Shown here in pieces: positions 27,619 through 37,278 of a DNA stretch of 64,000 nt. The stretch comes from Candidatus Latescibacterota bacterium. GTDB lineage: Bacteria; Latescibacterota; UBA2968; UBA8231. Position 1 is the first letter of the stretch, and the number at the start of each line of letters is the position of its first letter. The translations under genes were made by a program, and so were the position numbers. The stretch covers positions 4,450,733-4,514,732 of the forward strand of contig OZ241867.1 in assembly GCA_965203175.1 (NCBI GenBank). Reading direction: 5' to 3'. Under the pieces are notes generated by a model, which did not search any database, was not told where the DNA came from, and saw only the letters and a list, made by a program, of their open reading frames with translations.

Positions 27619-27665
27619 CCGCGGCCAAGGCCACTTGTGCGTCTTAATTAGGAGAGCGAGCCAAC

Positions 27666-28151
27666 CTAGAGTTTGCTGACGATCTTTTTTCCATCGAAGA
27701 TTACATTGCCCTCTTTGTCGAGGACGCGACCGTCGCTAGTGAACTCGTACTTCATGGATTGACCCAAGGTCAGGTGGCGTTGTACTTCCTCTAAGTCTTG
27801 ATATTTCTCAATTAGCTTCTCAATCGGCCCCTCAAATGAAGTCTGCTGCCACTTAGGACGATCCTTGTTGTGGGCGGCCCGTTCCTCAGCTGTCATAATG
27901 GGCAGGCGCTCGGCAGCGGGGGTGAACCGCCCAGCCATGGCCTGTTGGCGGCGATACTTCTCGTGGCGCTTTTCCGACTCGGTCAGCATTTCTTCGGGAA
28001 TGGTCTCGAAGCTGGTATCTTGGTCGCCTCCTTGTTCCCGGCGTTTTTGCTGTTCTTCTTCGACTTCGCGCGAAAGGCGCTGTTGGCGCTCGTGGTCCAA
28101 GCTAGTGTCCGTGCCTAATCTCCGCAGTACATGCCGCGCGGCCTTGTTCAT
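27666..28151 (-). CDS. hypothetical charged protein
   Basis: 161-aa Lys/Glu/Arg-rich ORF with no motif I recognise. Confidence 0.5.
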   Translation of the reverse strand: MNKAARHVLRRLGTDTSLDHERQQRLSREVEEEQQKRREQGGDQDTSFETIPEEMLTESEKRHEKYRRQQAMAGRFTPAAERLPIMTAEERAAHNKDRPKWQQTSFEGPIEKLIEKYQDLEEVQRHLTLGQSMKYEFTSDGRVLDKEGNVIFDGKKIVSKL

Positions 28152-28360
28152 AGCGAATGCGCTGCCTCCCTAAATTGTGTGCGTGTATCAAAAATTGGCT
28201 AGCGATAAAAAATATAAGGGGGGTGGGTGATTTGGCAAATCCAAATCACCTTAGTTATTATAGAGTAGGATAGATAGGCAGTAGTAGATGCTCTTGATGT
28301 CGGGTCTCTATAGCCAAGGCTAAAGAGTCGAGATTTGAACTTTTGGTATGGAGATATAGG

Positions 28361-29380
28361 ATGAGCTTTTTATCGCGTTTCTTTTCTCATGAAATAGGCA
28401 TAGACTTGGGTACCGCCAATACCTTGGTGTTCGTCAAAGGCAAGGGAATCGTACTCAACGAGCCCTCGGTTGTAGCACGCCAAGTCTCCACCCAAAAAGT
28501 CATTGCAGTCGGCGAAGAGGCCAAGGAGATGATGGGGCGTGAAAACGCCGGTATTCAAATAATTCGCCCCCTGAAGGACGGTGTCATAGCCGATTTTGAA
28601 GTTACCGAGGAAATGATCCGCAGTTTTATTCGCAAGGTAAAAAAGAACCAACTTTTCATGCGGCCCAAGATCGTGGTAGCAGTCCCGGCAGGCAGCACGG
28701 AAGTGGAGAAGCGGGCGGTGCGAAACTCCTGCGAGCGCGTGGGGGCCAGAGAAGTCCATCTGGTCAGCGAGCCTATGGCCGCGGCCATAGGCATGGGATT
28801 GCCGGTCGATCAAGCCGTCGGCTCAATGGTCATCGATATCGGCGGCGGGACGACGGAGGTCGCCGTAATCGCCCTTTCAGGTCTCGTCGAACACGAATCG
28901 CTGAGGGTGGCTGGGGCTGCTATGGATCAGGCGATTATCGAGTGGATGCGTAGAAAGCACAACCTGCTTATTGGTGTCCAAGGTGCCGAGTCCATCAAGT
29001 GGCAAATTGGTTCGGCGACGGAATTGGATACAGAAGAAACTATCCCGGTGCGCGGTCGCGATACCATAGCTGGGCTACCCAAAGTCTTGCAGGTGGATTC
29101 GGTCGAGATCCGAGAATCTCTATCTGGTTCCGTGGCCCAAATCGTTGCCAGCGTGCGCAGAGTGTTGGAGAGAATGCCGCCCGAATTGGCGGCGGATATC
29201 CTCGATAGGGGGATGGTGCTATGCGGCGGTGGGAGCATGCTGCGAGGATTGAAGGAACATCTGCTCAGAGCGACAGACTTGCCGACTTATATCGATAGCG
29301 AAGACCCGCTCTCGGCTGTAGTGCGAGGCAATGCCCGCATCCTTGAAGAGTTTGATCACTACCGCCAGGTTCTGCTCTAG
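28361..29380 (+). CDS. mreB: rod-shape protein MreB
   Basis: IGIDLGTANTLV, DIGGGTTEVAV actin-fold motifs. Confidence 0.95.
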   Translation: MSFLSRFFSHEIGIDLGTANTLVFVKGKGIVLNEPSVVARQVSTQKVIAVGEEAKEMMGRENAGIQIIRPLKDGVIADFEVTEEMIRSFIRKVKKNQLFMRPKIVVAVPAGSTEVEKRAVRNSCERVGAREVHLVSEPMAAAIGMGLPVDQAVGSMVIDIGGGTTEVAVIALSGLVEHESLRVAGAAMDQAIIEWMRRKHNLLIGVQGAESIKWQIGSATELDTEETIPVRGRDTIAGLPKVLQVDSVEIRESLSGSVAQIVASVRRVLERMPPELAADILDRGMVLCGGGSMLRGLKEHLLRATDLPTYIDSEDPLSAVVRGNARILEEFDHYRQVLL

Positions 29381-29386
29381 TCGACT

Positions 29387-30163
29387 ATGACCAATACTCG
29401 GGAGCTCATCGTCATTGGACTAGCTGTTGTCTGCGCCCTGACTTTGATGAGCTTACCTCCGTCCTATAAGACCTCTATCGCCGAGCGGTGCCAAGTCGGT
29501 TTATTGGTATCAGGTCAAGCCCTGTTTTCAGGAGTCACCCGCTATGCCCGCGACGAGGAAAAGAGCCGTTTTCTCCTGACCCAGAACGCAGCCCTAGCTC
29601 TCGACAACATGCAAATGAAGGAAGCTGCATGGGAAAATGTGCGTTTGCGCAAGGCCCTGTCCTTTCGGCCTATAGATGAAAACACGAGTGTTATTTCTGC
29701 CGAAGTAATCGGCCGAGACCCCGACCACATTTACGACACGATCATCATCAATGCCGGCCGCGAACACGGCGTAGATAAGGATATGCCCGTGGTGACGCCC
29801 GAAGGACTCGTCGGGCACATTGCTCAAGTCGGAGGGGCCGATTCGGTCGTGCAGTTGTTGATGCGCACGAGGATTAGTGCTTTGATTCAAGCGACTCGCG
29901 CCCAAGGCATTGTCTCGTGGATCGATGGTCATCGGTTCCGGTTGCGATTCGTCGAAGCGAGCAACTTGGTGCGGGAGGGGGATATAGTCGTGTCGTCGGG
30001 GTTAGGCGGGCGCTACCCCAAGGGCATACCGATTGGCACGGTGGTGGAGGTGGATCAGGAGAAACGGGCTCCGGTTTTTCTGCGAGTCATCCTCAAGTCG
30101 ATCGTGGATTTCTCTACACTCGAAGAGGTTTTCGTTCTCGGCAGAGACACTGGCCCAGGCTGA
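29387..30163 (+). CDS. mreC: rod-shape protein MreC
   Basis: N-terminal TM, coiled coil, beta-rich C-terminus, immediately after mreB. Confidence 0.85.
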   Translation: MTNTRELIVIGLAVVCALTLMSLPPSYKTSIAERCQVGLLVSGQALFSGVTRYARDEEKSRFLLTQNAALALDNMQMKEAAWENVRLRKALSFRPIDENTSVISAEVIGRDPDHIYDTIIINAGREHGVDKDMPVVTPEGLVGHIAQVGGADSVVQLLMRTRISALIQATRAQGIVSWIDGHRFRLRFVEASNLVREGDIVVSSGLGGRYPKGIPIGTVVEVDQEKRAPVFLRVILKSIVDFSTLEEVFVLGRDTGPG

Positions 30164-30179
30164 GAGGGTACGGCTCATC

Positions 30180-30208
30180 TTGACAGAGCATGAGCTGTGC
30201 CATATCCT
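30180..30208 (+). promoter_or_regulatory. sigma70-like promoter candidate for the HU/IHF gene
   Basis: TTGACA, exactly 17 nt spacer, then TATCCT. Confidence 0.45.
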
Positions 30209-30269
30209 TAACTATTTGTTGGCGTGATAATTAACGCGATTTCAACCCACCCGAATAGAGAGTACAGTC

Positions 30270-30611
30270 TTGACGAAAGCTGACATCGTGCGTCTAATCG
30301 CCGAGGGGACAGGGCTTACCAAGACGGATACTGCGGCTGTCGTTGATGGCTTTATCGAATCCGTAATTGAGGCTTTAGAACGAGAAGATCACATTGAGAT
30401 TCGCGGTTTTGGCACCTTCAAAGTCGTCGAGCGGGCACCGCGTACGGGTCGCAATCCACGCACGGGTGCCGAAGTAAAAATCGCCGGTCGTAAGGCCCCG
30501 ACATTTAAGCCTTCAAAGGAATTGCGGGCGCGTGTCAATGAGGAAAACGTAGAGGACAAAGGTCCAGGAGATAAGAAAGATGCCCTGTGGCAGGAAGAGA
30601 AAGCGGCATAA
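30270..30611 (+). CDS. HU/IHF-family DNA-binding protein with an acidic C-terminal extension
   Basis: IRGFGTFKVVERAPRTGRNPRTGAEV. TTG start. Confidence 0.88.
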   Translation: MTKADIVRLIAEGTGLTKTDTAAVVDGFIESVIEALEREDHIEIRGFGTFKVVERAPRTGRNPRTGAEVKIAGRKAPTFKPSKELRARVNEENVEDKGPGDKKDALWQEEKAA

Positions 30612-30675
30612 GATCGCTACGCACAAGCGCAAGAAGAGACTGCGCAAGAATCGGCACAAGAAGAAGAACATCTAG
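30580..30675 (+). CDS. 31-aa Lys/Arg-rich peptide, bS22 (AURKAIP1/COX24-like) ribosomal-protein candidate
   Basis: MPCGRKRKRHKIATHKRKKRLRKNRHKKKNI. Below the track length cutoff. Overlaps the HU 3' end by 32 nt in another frame. Confidence 0.55.
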   Translation: MPCGRKRKRHKIATHKRKKRLRKNRHKKKNI

Positions 30676-30681
30676 GCTAAG

Positions 30682-30758
30682 GGGCTAATAGCTCAGCTGG
30701 ATAGAGCGCCGGTCTCCGGAACCGGAGGTCCCAGGTTCGAATCCTGGTTAGCTCACCA
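30682..30758 (+). tRNA. tRNA-Arg (CCG)
   Basis: Full cloverleaf drawn by hand. Anticodon loop CTCCGGA. CCA encoded. Confidence 0.92.
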
Positions 30759-30791
30759 TTTTGTCGCCACAGTATGGTCGGATAATTAAGT

Positions 30792-30869
30792 CGGGGTGTG
30801 GCGCAGCCCGGCTAGCGCGCTTCCTTGGGGTGGAAGAGGTCGCTGGTTCAAATCCAGTCACCCCGACCA
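30792..30869 (+). tRNA. tRNA-Pro (GGG)
   Basis: CGGGGTG acceptor stem. Anticodon loop TTGGGGT. CCA encoded. Confidence 0.92.
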
Positions 30870-30910
30870 TTTTTTAGTAGTGTAGAATCATTGCTTTTGC
30901 TCGTCCATGT

Positions 30911-30988
30911 CGGGGTGTAGCGCAGCCCGGCTAGCGCACCTGCTTCGGGAGCAGGGGGTCGCCGGTTCAAATCCGGCCACCCCGACCA
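30911..30988 (+). tRNA. tRNA-Pro (CGG)
   Basis: CGGGGTG acceptor stem. Anticodon loop TTCGGGA. CCA encoded. Confidence 0.92.
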
Positions 30989-30992
30989 CGAA

Positions 30993-31036
30993 TTAAGTCC
31001 CTGTGAGATATTGACTTACAGGGACTTAATTTATTT
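30993..31036 (+). terminator. terminator after the tRNA cluster
   Basis: 12-bp stem TTAAGTCCCTGT / ACAGGGACTTAA followed by TTTATTTG. Confidence 0.7.
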
Positions 31037-31048
31037 GCGATACGAGGT

Positions 31049-32140
31049 ATGGCTCTCTCTATCGGCATAATCGGCTTGCCCAATGTTGGCAAATCAACCC
31101 TCTTTAACGCGCTAACGGGAGATGGGGTCGAGGTTTCTAATTACCCATTTTGCACCGTGGGTCCCAATGTGGGTACAGTCGAGATCCCGGATCAGCGCTT
31201 GGAGCGTCTGAGCGAGGTCATTCAGCCGGAATCCACAACGCCTACAAGCGTTCACTTCGTCGATATTGCCGGTTTGGTGCGGGGTGCCAACCAAGGTGCT
31301 GGGTTGGGCAATCAGTTTCTCGCCCACATCAGAGATGTCGATGCCCTAGTCCACGTGGTGCGCTGCTTCGATGACGCGCAGATAAGCCATGTAGATGGGG
31401 AGATCGATCCCTTGCGCGATATCGAGACCATTGAAACGGAGTTGCTGCTGGCCGATTTGGCAGTGATGGAAAAGGCCGTGCCCCATCTAGACAAAGTGGT
31501 CCGCTCCGAGCCGCGCAGCACGCGAGCGCAAGAGTTGGTGGCCTGCACCAAGGTCTTAGAGGGATTGCAGCGCGGAACAGGTACAGCAGCGGTGGGGCTG
31601 ACGATCGAAGAAAGGGATGCGCTCGCTCCGTATAGCTTGCTGACGGCAAGACCGGTGCTTTATGCGGCTAATATTGGGGAAATAGAAGCCGATGCGCCGG
31701 AACCATGGGTGGACCAGTTGGTCGAGTGCTATGGAGCGGATCGAGTGCTGGTCGTCTCGGCGCAGCTCGAGGCGGAAATGGCCGGTCTGAGCCAAGAGGA
31801 ACGAGCGGAGTTCATCCGAGAATTAGGGCTGGAGCACGGGGGAATAGAGCGCTTAGTCCAAGCCGGATACAAGCTGTTGGATCTGATTACCTTCTATACG
31901 CTCGCCAACGGCAAGCTGCAGGCGTGGCAGTTGCCGCGCGGAGAAAAGGCACCGCGAGCGGCCGGGCGGATTCACACAGACATGGAAAAGGGATTTATCC
32001 GCGCTGAACTAGCCGCCTGCGATCAGCTAATCGCCATGGGTGGGTGGGCACCGTTGAAAGCGGCTGGGCAATTGCGGAGCGAAGGCCGGGATTACGTCGT
32101 CGCCGATGGGGACGTAATCACTTTCCTTTTTAAGGCTTGA
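31049..32140 (+). CDS. ychF: ribosome-binding ATPase YchF
   Basis: [15 protein letters not shown], 363 aa with a TGS-like C-terminus. Confidence 0.95.
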   Translation: MALSIGIIGLPNVGKSTLFNALTGDGVEVSNYPFCTVGPNVGTVEIPDQRLERLSEVIQPESTTPTSVHFVDIAGLVRGANQGAGLGNQFLAHIRDVDALVHVVRCFDDAQISHVDGEIDPLRDIETIETELLLADLAVMEKAVPHLDKVVRSEPRSTRAQELVACTKVLEGLQRGTGTAAVGLTIEERDALAPYSLLTARPVLYAANIGEIEADAPEPWVDQLVECYGADRVLVVSAQLEAEMAGLSQEERAEFIRELGLEHGGIERLVQAGYKLLDLITFYTLANGKLQAWQLPRGEKAPRAAGRIHTDMEKGFIRAELAACDQLIAMGGWAPLKAAGQLRSEGRDYVVADGDVITFLFKA

Positions 32141-32317
32141 GGCTCAGAAGCAAGCGCGGACGCTAGGTTTAGCACAGTAGCAGCTTCCGCTTGTTTCAGG
32201 CTCAATAAACGCAATATCGCAATTTCTCTACAGCAGGTGAGAATCGCGGTTAAAAACGGCCAAATGCAAGGGGACATCAAGTACATAAAGCAGTATAAAA
32301 ACAAGGAATAGAGTAGC

Positions 32318-32346
32318 TTGACGGAAGGTGTCAGGTCGCCTATCTT
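32318..32346 (+). promoter_or_regulatory. sigma70-like promoter candidate for the BMC-H gene
   Basis: TTGACG, 17 nt spacer, then TATCTT. Confidence 0.4.
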
Positions 32347-32376
32347 CTGCCGTCTAAAAAAAAGCGAAACAGACCA

Positions 32377-32664
32377 ATGGGACGCGCCTTGGGCATGATT
32401 GAAACCCGTGGCTGGGTGGCTGTGGTCGAAGCGGCAGATGCGATGGTCAAAGCCGCTGAGGTCGAGGTGGCCGGCTGGCAGGAAGTAGGCGGCGGCTTGG
32501 TCTCGGTCATCGTCCGCGGAGACGTGGCCGCTGTGCGCGCCGCTACTGAGGCCGGCGTCGTGGCTGTGGTGGGTGAAGTAGTCGCGTTCAGCATCATTCC
32601 CCAGCCACATGAGAGCACGGAAGCTGTATTGACCCTAATCCACTCTCCGGCAACAGTATGGTAA
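32377..32664 (+). CDS. bacterial microcompartment shell protein, BMC-H (PduA/CcmK/EutM type)
   Basis: ALGMIETRGWVAVVEAADAMVKAAEVEV...GGGLVSVIVRGDVAAVRAA...IIPQPH. Confidence 0.92.
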   Translation: MGRALGMIETRGWVAVVEAADAMVKAAEVEVAGWQEVGGGLVSVIVRGDVAAVRAATEAGVVAVVGEVVAFSIIPQPHESTEAVLTLIHSPATVW

Positions 32665-33488
32665 TCTGGGCAAAAATCATTTTGGCCATGGCCTTGCTCG
32701 GCTGTGCTGTATGGTATCTTGAACCGGCTGAGTTGCTTGTGGCCGCTGGGCAGGTTGGTAGGGACAAAGTGCTCATCTGCGGGGCGATTGCCCTAGTGGG
32801 CATCGGCGTGCAATGGATAAAATGGCAGCTATTATTGCGCAACCAAATTCCCGAGGTCAATGGGCGCGATGCGCTCTATTCGCTGCTGGGTGGCGCAGCC
32901 CTCGGTTTGGTGACACCTAGCCGTCTAGGTGAACTAGGACGCGGTGTTTTCTTAGGGCGGAGTCGGGCCAAGGCCGCATTGCTGACGGCTGTGGATAAGT
33001 TGAGTTCGGCTGCGGTCACGTTGGGATTGGGGGCCGCAGCCGCATGGATTTTATGGCCCCATCTCAGGGGCTTTTTGCTGTTGCTAGTCTGCGTTCTCAG
33101 CGTGCTGTTGTATTGGGGCTGGTGCCGTCAGAAGGCGAGCGGGCCGGTTGCATGGGGGACCATTGTCGGGTTATCCGTCTTGTTCAACGTGGTATTCATG
33201 GCGCAATTTTTCTATTTGGTCTCCGCCAGTGTGCCTGCCGACTCAGCCGTCGTATTGGCGGTGCCGGTGGTATTTGCCCTGAAAACTCTGTTGCCCTTGG
33301 GATTTTTGGATCTAGGGGTCCGCGAGGCGGCCGCCATCTTGGTATTTAGCAGCCTCGGCCTAGAGCCGCAACCCGCTTTTGTGGCTAGTATCCTGATTTT
33401 TGTCTGCAATGTGTGCTTGCCGGCTGGCTTGGGCTGGCTGTGGATTGGTAGCCGCCGACTGCGGACGATGGGGAAGGTCGCCTCATGA
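32658..33488 (+). CDS. UPF0104 (flippase-like / LPG-synthase TM) family membrane protein
   Basis: 276-aa polytopic protein with WIKWQLLLR pattern. Overlaps BMC-H by 7 nt and the aldolase by 4 nt. Confidence 0.65.
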   Translation: MVIWAKIILAMALLGCAVWYLEPAELLVAAGQVGRDKVLICGAIALVGIGVQWIKWQLLLRNQIPEVNGRDALYSLLGGAALGLVTPSRLGELGRGVFLGRSRAKAALLTAVDKLSSAAVTLGLGAAAAWILWPHLRGFLLLLVCVLSVLLYWGWCRQKASGPVAWGTIVGLSVLFNVVFMAQFFYLVSASVPADSAVVLAVPVVFALKTLLPLGFLDLGVREAAAILVFSSLGLEPQPAFVASILIFVCNVCLPAGLGWLWIGSRRLRTMGKVAS

Positions 33489-34207
33489 ATTCGGCGTATG
33501 CAATAAAAAAAGAAATATGTGAGGTAGGGCACAGGGTCTATCAGCGAGGGTACGTAGCGGCCAATGACGGCAATATCAGCGTCCGCGTAGAAGACGACCT
33601 AGTGCTGTGTACGCCGACTGGAGTGAGCAAGGGTTTTCTGAGCGCAGACATGCTGGCCACCTGCGATATGGAGGGCCAGCAAGTATCGGGGGCAATGAAA
33701 ATATCGTCGGAAATCCGCATGCACCTCGAAATCTACAAGTTGCGGCCCGATGTCCGCGCAGTTGTCCATGCACATCCTCCGACAGCGACCGGTTTTGCCG
33801 TCGCTGGCATTGAGCTGACTCAGTGCGTCTTGCCCGAGGTCATCGTCAGCCTTGGGGGTATTCCACTCGCGGATTACGGCACGCCTGGAGGCCCCGATAT
33901 CGTCGAGCCGATGAAGCCGCTTTTGCGGCAATACGATGCCGTTTTGATGGCCAATCACGGAGTGGTAACCGTGGGCCAGCACGTCATGGATGCCCATTTC
34001 AAGATGGAGACTGTCGAACACTTTGCCCAGATAGCCTTGGTCGCACATCAGCTCGGCGGGATACGCACGCTTGGGGGCAAAGATGTGGAAGATCTCACGA
34101 ACCTAAGAAAGCGCTTTGGAATTGGGGATCGACCGTCCTGTGAGATAGCTGGAGAAAGCGATCTAGTCGAGCGGATTACCAAGGAAGTTATGCGCCAACT
34201 GCGCTAG
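33485..34207 (+). CDS. class II (FucA/AraD-like) aldolase with a ~25-aa C-terminal extension
   Basis: ANDGNISVR, metal-binding HAHPP...H pattern. Tail is GESDLVERITKEVMRQLR. Confidence 0.88.
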   Translation: MNSAYAIKKEICEVGHRVYQRGYVAANDGNISVRVEDDLVLCTPTGVSKGFLSADMLATCDMEGQQVSGAMKISSEIRMHLEIYKLRPDVRAVVHAHPPTATGFAVAGIELTQCVLPEVIVSLGGIPLADYGTPGGPDIVEPMKPLLRQYDAVLMANHGVVTVGQHVMDAHFKMETVEHFAQIALVAHQLGGIRTLGGKDVEDLTNLRKRFGIGDRPSCEIAGESDLVERITKEVMRQLR

Positions 34208-34230
34208 CTTAGTTGGCGATATGAGGAAGT

Positions 34231-35229
34231 ATGAGGTTTATAGGACTGATCGTCGCTGCAATGGGGATAGCAACTCCGGTGAGCAGCCAAGAGATCGTCG
34301 AGGCGGTCCAGCGCGGAGACTCCCTGCTGGCGCAGGGACAGCCTAAACAGGCGTTAGCTGAATACGAAAAGGCGCGCGAACTAGGTGCTGGCAGCGCGAT
34401 GTTTCTCAATCGCTTGGCCAGCCTCTACATGCAGACCGGCGGCTATAGCCAGGCAGCCGAATCGCTACAACAATCGCTCTCTGAAGACCCTAGGCAGCTT
34501 CCGGTATATTCGGCGTTGGGGGAGGCCTTTTTGGCCATGGGCCAGCTAGACTCGTCTATTTTTTACGTCGAACAAGCGAGTATTCTGGCTCCTTCCTCAA
34601 CTAAAGTCCACAGTACCCTCGGTTATCTCTACATGCAGGACGGTCAGAGCGAGAGGGCGCGCGAGCGCCTCGACCGGGCCTTGTCACTGGACAAAAAAAA
34701 CCTGGAAGCCTATCGCCTATATGGGTATTACTACGCACAACAGGACTCGGTAGATCGAGCCATTGAATACTATCAAAAGTTGGCGGAGTTATCGCCGGAC
34801 AATGTCGAAGCCTACAACAATATCGCGTTCCTTCTCGCTGGGGCTGGGCGCTATACCGAAGCTCTTGAGTATTACAAGTTGGCTAAAGATCGGGCGCAGG
34901 ATCCCTACCTAGCCCAAGCAATCACGGCCAAAATCGAAGAGGTCCAGGCGTTGCTGGCCGGTGAGATGCGGGCGCGCTACATATTGGTTGAAACGGAAGC
35001 GTCTGCGCTCGAAGTCCTCGAAAAAATAGCTCAAGGAGCCGATTTCTCCCAGCTTGCACAGCAGCATTCCATCGCTCCCAACGCCAGTCAAGGCGGGGAT
35101 TTGGGTTTTTTTGGGCCGGGTGAACTCATGCCCGAAATCGAGGAGATCGTAGTGCAACTGAAGATTGGGGAACTGAGTCAGGTCGTGGAATTACCCATGG
35201 GCTATATCGTCGTGCAGAGATTAAACTAA
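34231..35229 (+). CDS. secreted TPR-repeat protein with a C-terminal parvulin-type PPIase domain
   Basis: Signal peptide, TPR repeats, PpiC-like RARYILV...GGDLGFFGPGELMPEI. Confidence 0.8.
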   Translation: MRFIGLIVAAMGIATPVSSQEIVEAVQRGDSLLAQGQPKQALAEYEKARELGAGSAMFLNRLASLYMQTGGYSQAAESLQQSLSEDPRQLPVYSALGEAFLAMGQLDSSIFYVEQASILAPSSTKVHSTLGYLYMQDGQSERARERLDRALSLDKKNLEAYRLYGYYYAQQDSVDRAIEYYQKLAELSPDNVEAYNNIAFLLAGAGRYTEALEYYKLAKDRAQDPYLAQAITAKIEEVQALLAGEMRARYILVETEASALEVLEKIAQGADFSQLAQQHSIAPNASQGGDLGFFGPGELMPEIEEIVVQLKIGELSQVVELPMGYIVVQRLN

Positions 35230-35394
35230 AAATGAAAAAGGTAGCGGCCAAGACATCTTTCGATGCCTTGGCCGCCAGGGAGGGATACGAACCATGACCG
35301 GAATGGCTCGCATAGGTTAAACGCCCTGAAAAGAGAAAGGTTCCACGTTAGCAATACTTTTTTCGAATGTTCAATATCTCCAGAGGCAACAAGG

Positions 35395-35865
35395 ATGAAC
35401 GCGGATGACCTGCGCGATGTAGCCGAGCGGCTCGAAGCCTTGGAGTCGCTGGCCAAGCTGTTCAGAAATTCATGGCTCGAACACGCCAAGACCCAGATAC
35501 AGGACGAGAAAATCAGAGCCTATCTGACGGTTTTTGACGACGCCTTTCCAGGGATGGATCACGTCGTCGAATTCGTGCGCCAAAATGCTCAAGCACTTGC
35601 TGCAGGCGAGGATGTCCAAGAAAATTTTGCTGGTTTGGCGCAGGCGCTTCTACAGCGGGAGAGCAAAGGCTCAGATTCTCTTTCAGTAGAGAACGACGTG
35701 GAAGTTATGGCAGAAACCCCTGCTCCCGAGGAACAGGACGACACCAGCGCCGCCGATGAGAACGTCGAGGACGTGGCCGATGCCGAGCAGGAGGACGAAA
35801 CAAAACCGACGAGTGATGAAGAAGAGTCGAAAAACGAGGACCAAATAGATGCCCTTTTTGGCTGA
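35395..35865 (+). CDS. hypothetical protein with a highly acidic tail
   Basis: Start taken at MNADDL. The C-terminal 60 aa are Asp/Glu-rich. Confidence 0.5.
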   Translation: MNADDLRDVAERLEALESLAKLFRNSWLEHAKTQIQDEKIRAYLTVFDDAFPGMDHVVEFVRQNAQALAAGEDVQENFAGLAQALLQRESKGSDSLSVENDVEVMAETPAPEEQDDTSAADENVEDVADAEQEDETKPTSDEEESKNEDQIDALFG

Positions 35866-35900
35866 ACAAGCCCTGATTTATCCCAACAGAATGAGCTGGC

Positions 35901-37265
35901 ATGCCCTATTCCTATAATGCCTGGTTCCAGTGCATCAATTGCGACGACGAGCGCTATCCGCTAAACGAAATAGTCTACCACTGTCAAAAGTGTGAGGGGT
36001 TGCTCGAAGTTCGCCACGATATGAAACCCCTACAGCGGCGCTCGGGCGGCGAGTGGCGGACGCTCTTTGATCAGCGCTACATGAGTTCAGTGCATCCGTA
36101 TGGGAGTTCGGTTTGGGGCAAGAAAGAGATGGTATGTCCCCTCGTCGAGGACGAAAACGTGGTCTCCATGTACGAGGGGGGGAGCAATCTGCTCTGGGCC
36201 GAGCGCTTGGGAGCCGAACTGGGCATGGAGGATCTGTGGATAAAGCAGTGCGGCAATAGCCACACGGGTTCGTTTAAGGACCTAGGCATGACCGTGTTGG
36301 TTTCCATGGTCAAGCAGATGATTGCCGAGGGGCAGTCCATACCCGCGGTAGCTTGCGCTTCAACTGGGGACACCTCGGCGGCGTTGGCCGCGTATTGCGC
36401 GGCCGCCGGCATTCCGGCGATCGTCTTATTGCCCAAAGACATGATTTCTACTTCCCAGCTCATCCAGCCCATAGCCAATGGCGCCTTGACGCTGGCCTTG
36501 CGCACCGATTTCGACGGGTGCATGGCCTTGGTGCAGGAAATCTGCCGCCGCGACCAAATCTATCTGGCTAACTCAATGAATTCGCTCCGCATTGAGGGGC
36601 AGAAGACCATCGCGATTGAGCTGTTACAGCAATTTCACTGGGAGGTCCCCGACTGGGTCATTATCCCGGGCGGCAACCTAGGCAATGTTAGTGCCTTGGG
36701 GAAGGGGTTTATCGAAGGCAAGGAAATGGGGCTTATAGACAAGCTGCCGCGCATTGCCGTCGCCCAAGCAGCCCAGGCCAATCCGCTCTATCTCAGTTAT
36801 TTAGACGGATTCCGCACCTTTGAGCCGCAAACGGCCCGCGATACCTTGGCCAGCGCCATTAAGATCGGCAACCCCGTAAGCAGGGAGCGGGCCATGCGCA
36901 CCTTGCAGCGCTTCGACGGCATCGTCGAAGAGGCCACGGAAGACGAATTGGCCAACGCCTGTGCAAGGGCCGACCGCAATGGGCTGTTCACCTGTCCTCA
37001 CACAGGCGTCGCCTTAGCAGCGCTAGAGAAAATGATTGCAGCCGGGCACGTCGAGCCACAGAATCGGGTGATCGTAATATCTACGGCACACGGGCTAAAG
37101 TTCCCAGATTTCAAAGTGAAGTACCACGAAGACCAATTGCGGGAGTTCCACGTCGAGCCACAGCATCGCAATATGCCCGTTGAGGTCGAAGCTGAATACG
37201 AAGCCGTGCATCGGGCTGTCCTCGAAGCTGTAGAGCAGCGGTCGCTGGCCACTGCCCGCCACTGA
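35901..37265 (+). CDS. thrC: threonine synthase (long form with N-terminal zinc ribbon)
   Basis: CINC...CQKC ribbon. PLP lysine in HTGSFKDLG. Confidence 0.92.
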   Translation: MPYSYNAWFQCINCDDERYPLNEIVYHCQKCEGLLEVRHDMKPLQRRSGGEWRTLFDQRYMSSVHPYGSSVWGKKEMVCPLVEDENVVSMYEGGSNLLWAERLGAELGMEDLWIKQCGNSHTGSFKDLGMTVLVSMVKQMIAEGQSIPAVACASTGDTSAALAAYCAAAGIPAIVLLPKDMISTSQLIQPIANGALTLALRTDFDGCMALVQEICRRDQIYLANSMNSLRIEGQKTIAIELLQQFHWEVPDWVIIPGGNLGNVSALGKGFIEGKEMGLIDKLPRIAVAQAAQANPLYLSYLDGFRTFEPQTARDTLASAIKIGNPVSRERAMRTLQRFDGIVEEATEDELANACARADRNGLFTCPHTGVALAALEKMIAAGHVEPQNRVIVISTAHGLKFPDFKVKYHEDQLREFHVEPQHRNMPVEVEAEYEAVHRAVLEAVEQRSLATARH

Positions 37266-37278
37266 AAGAGCCAATACA

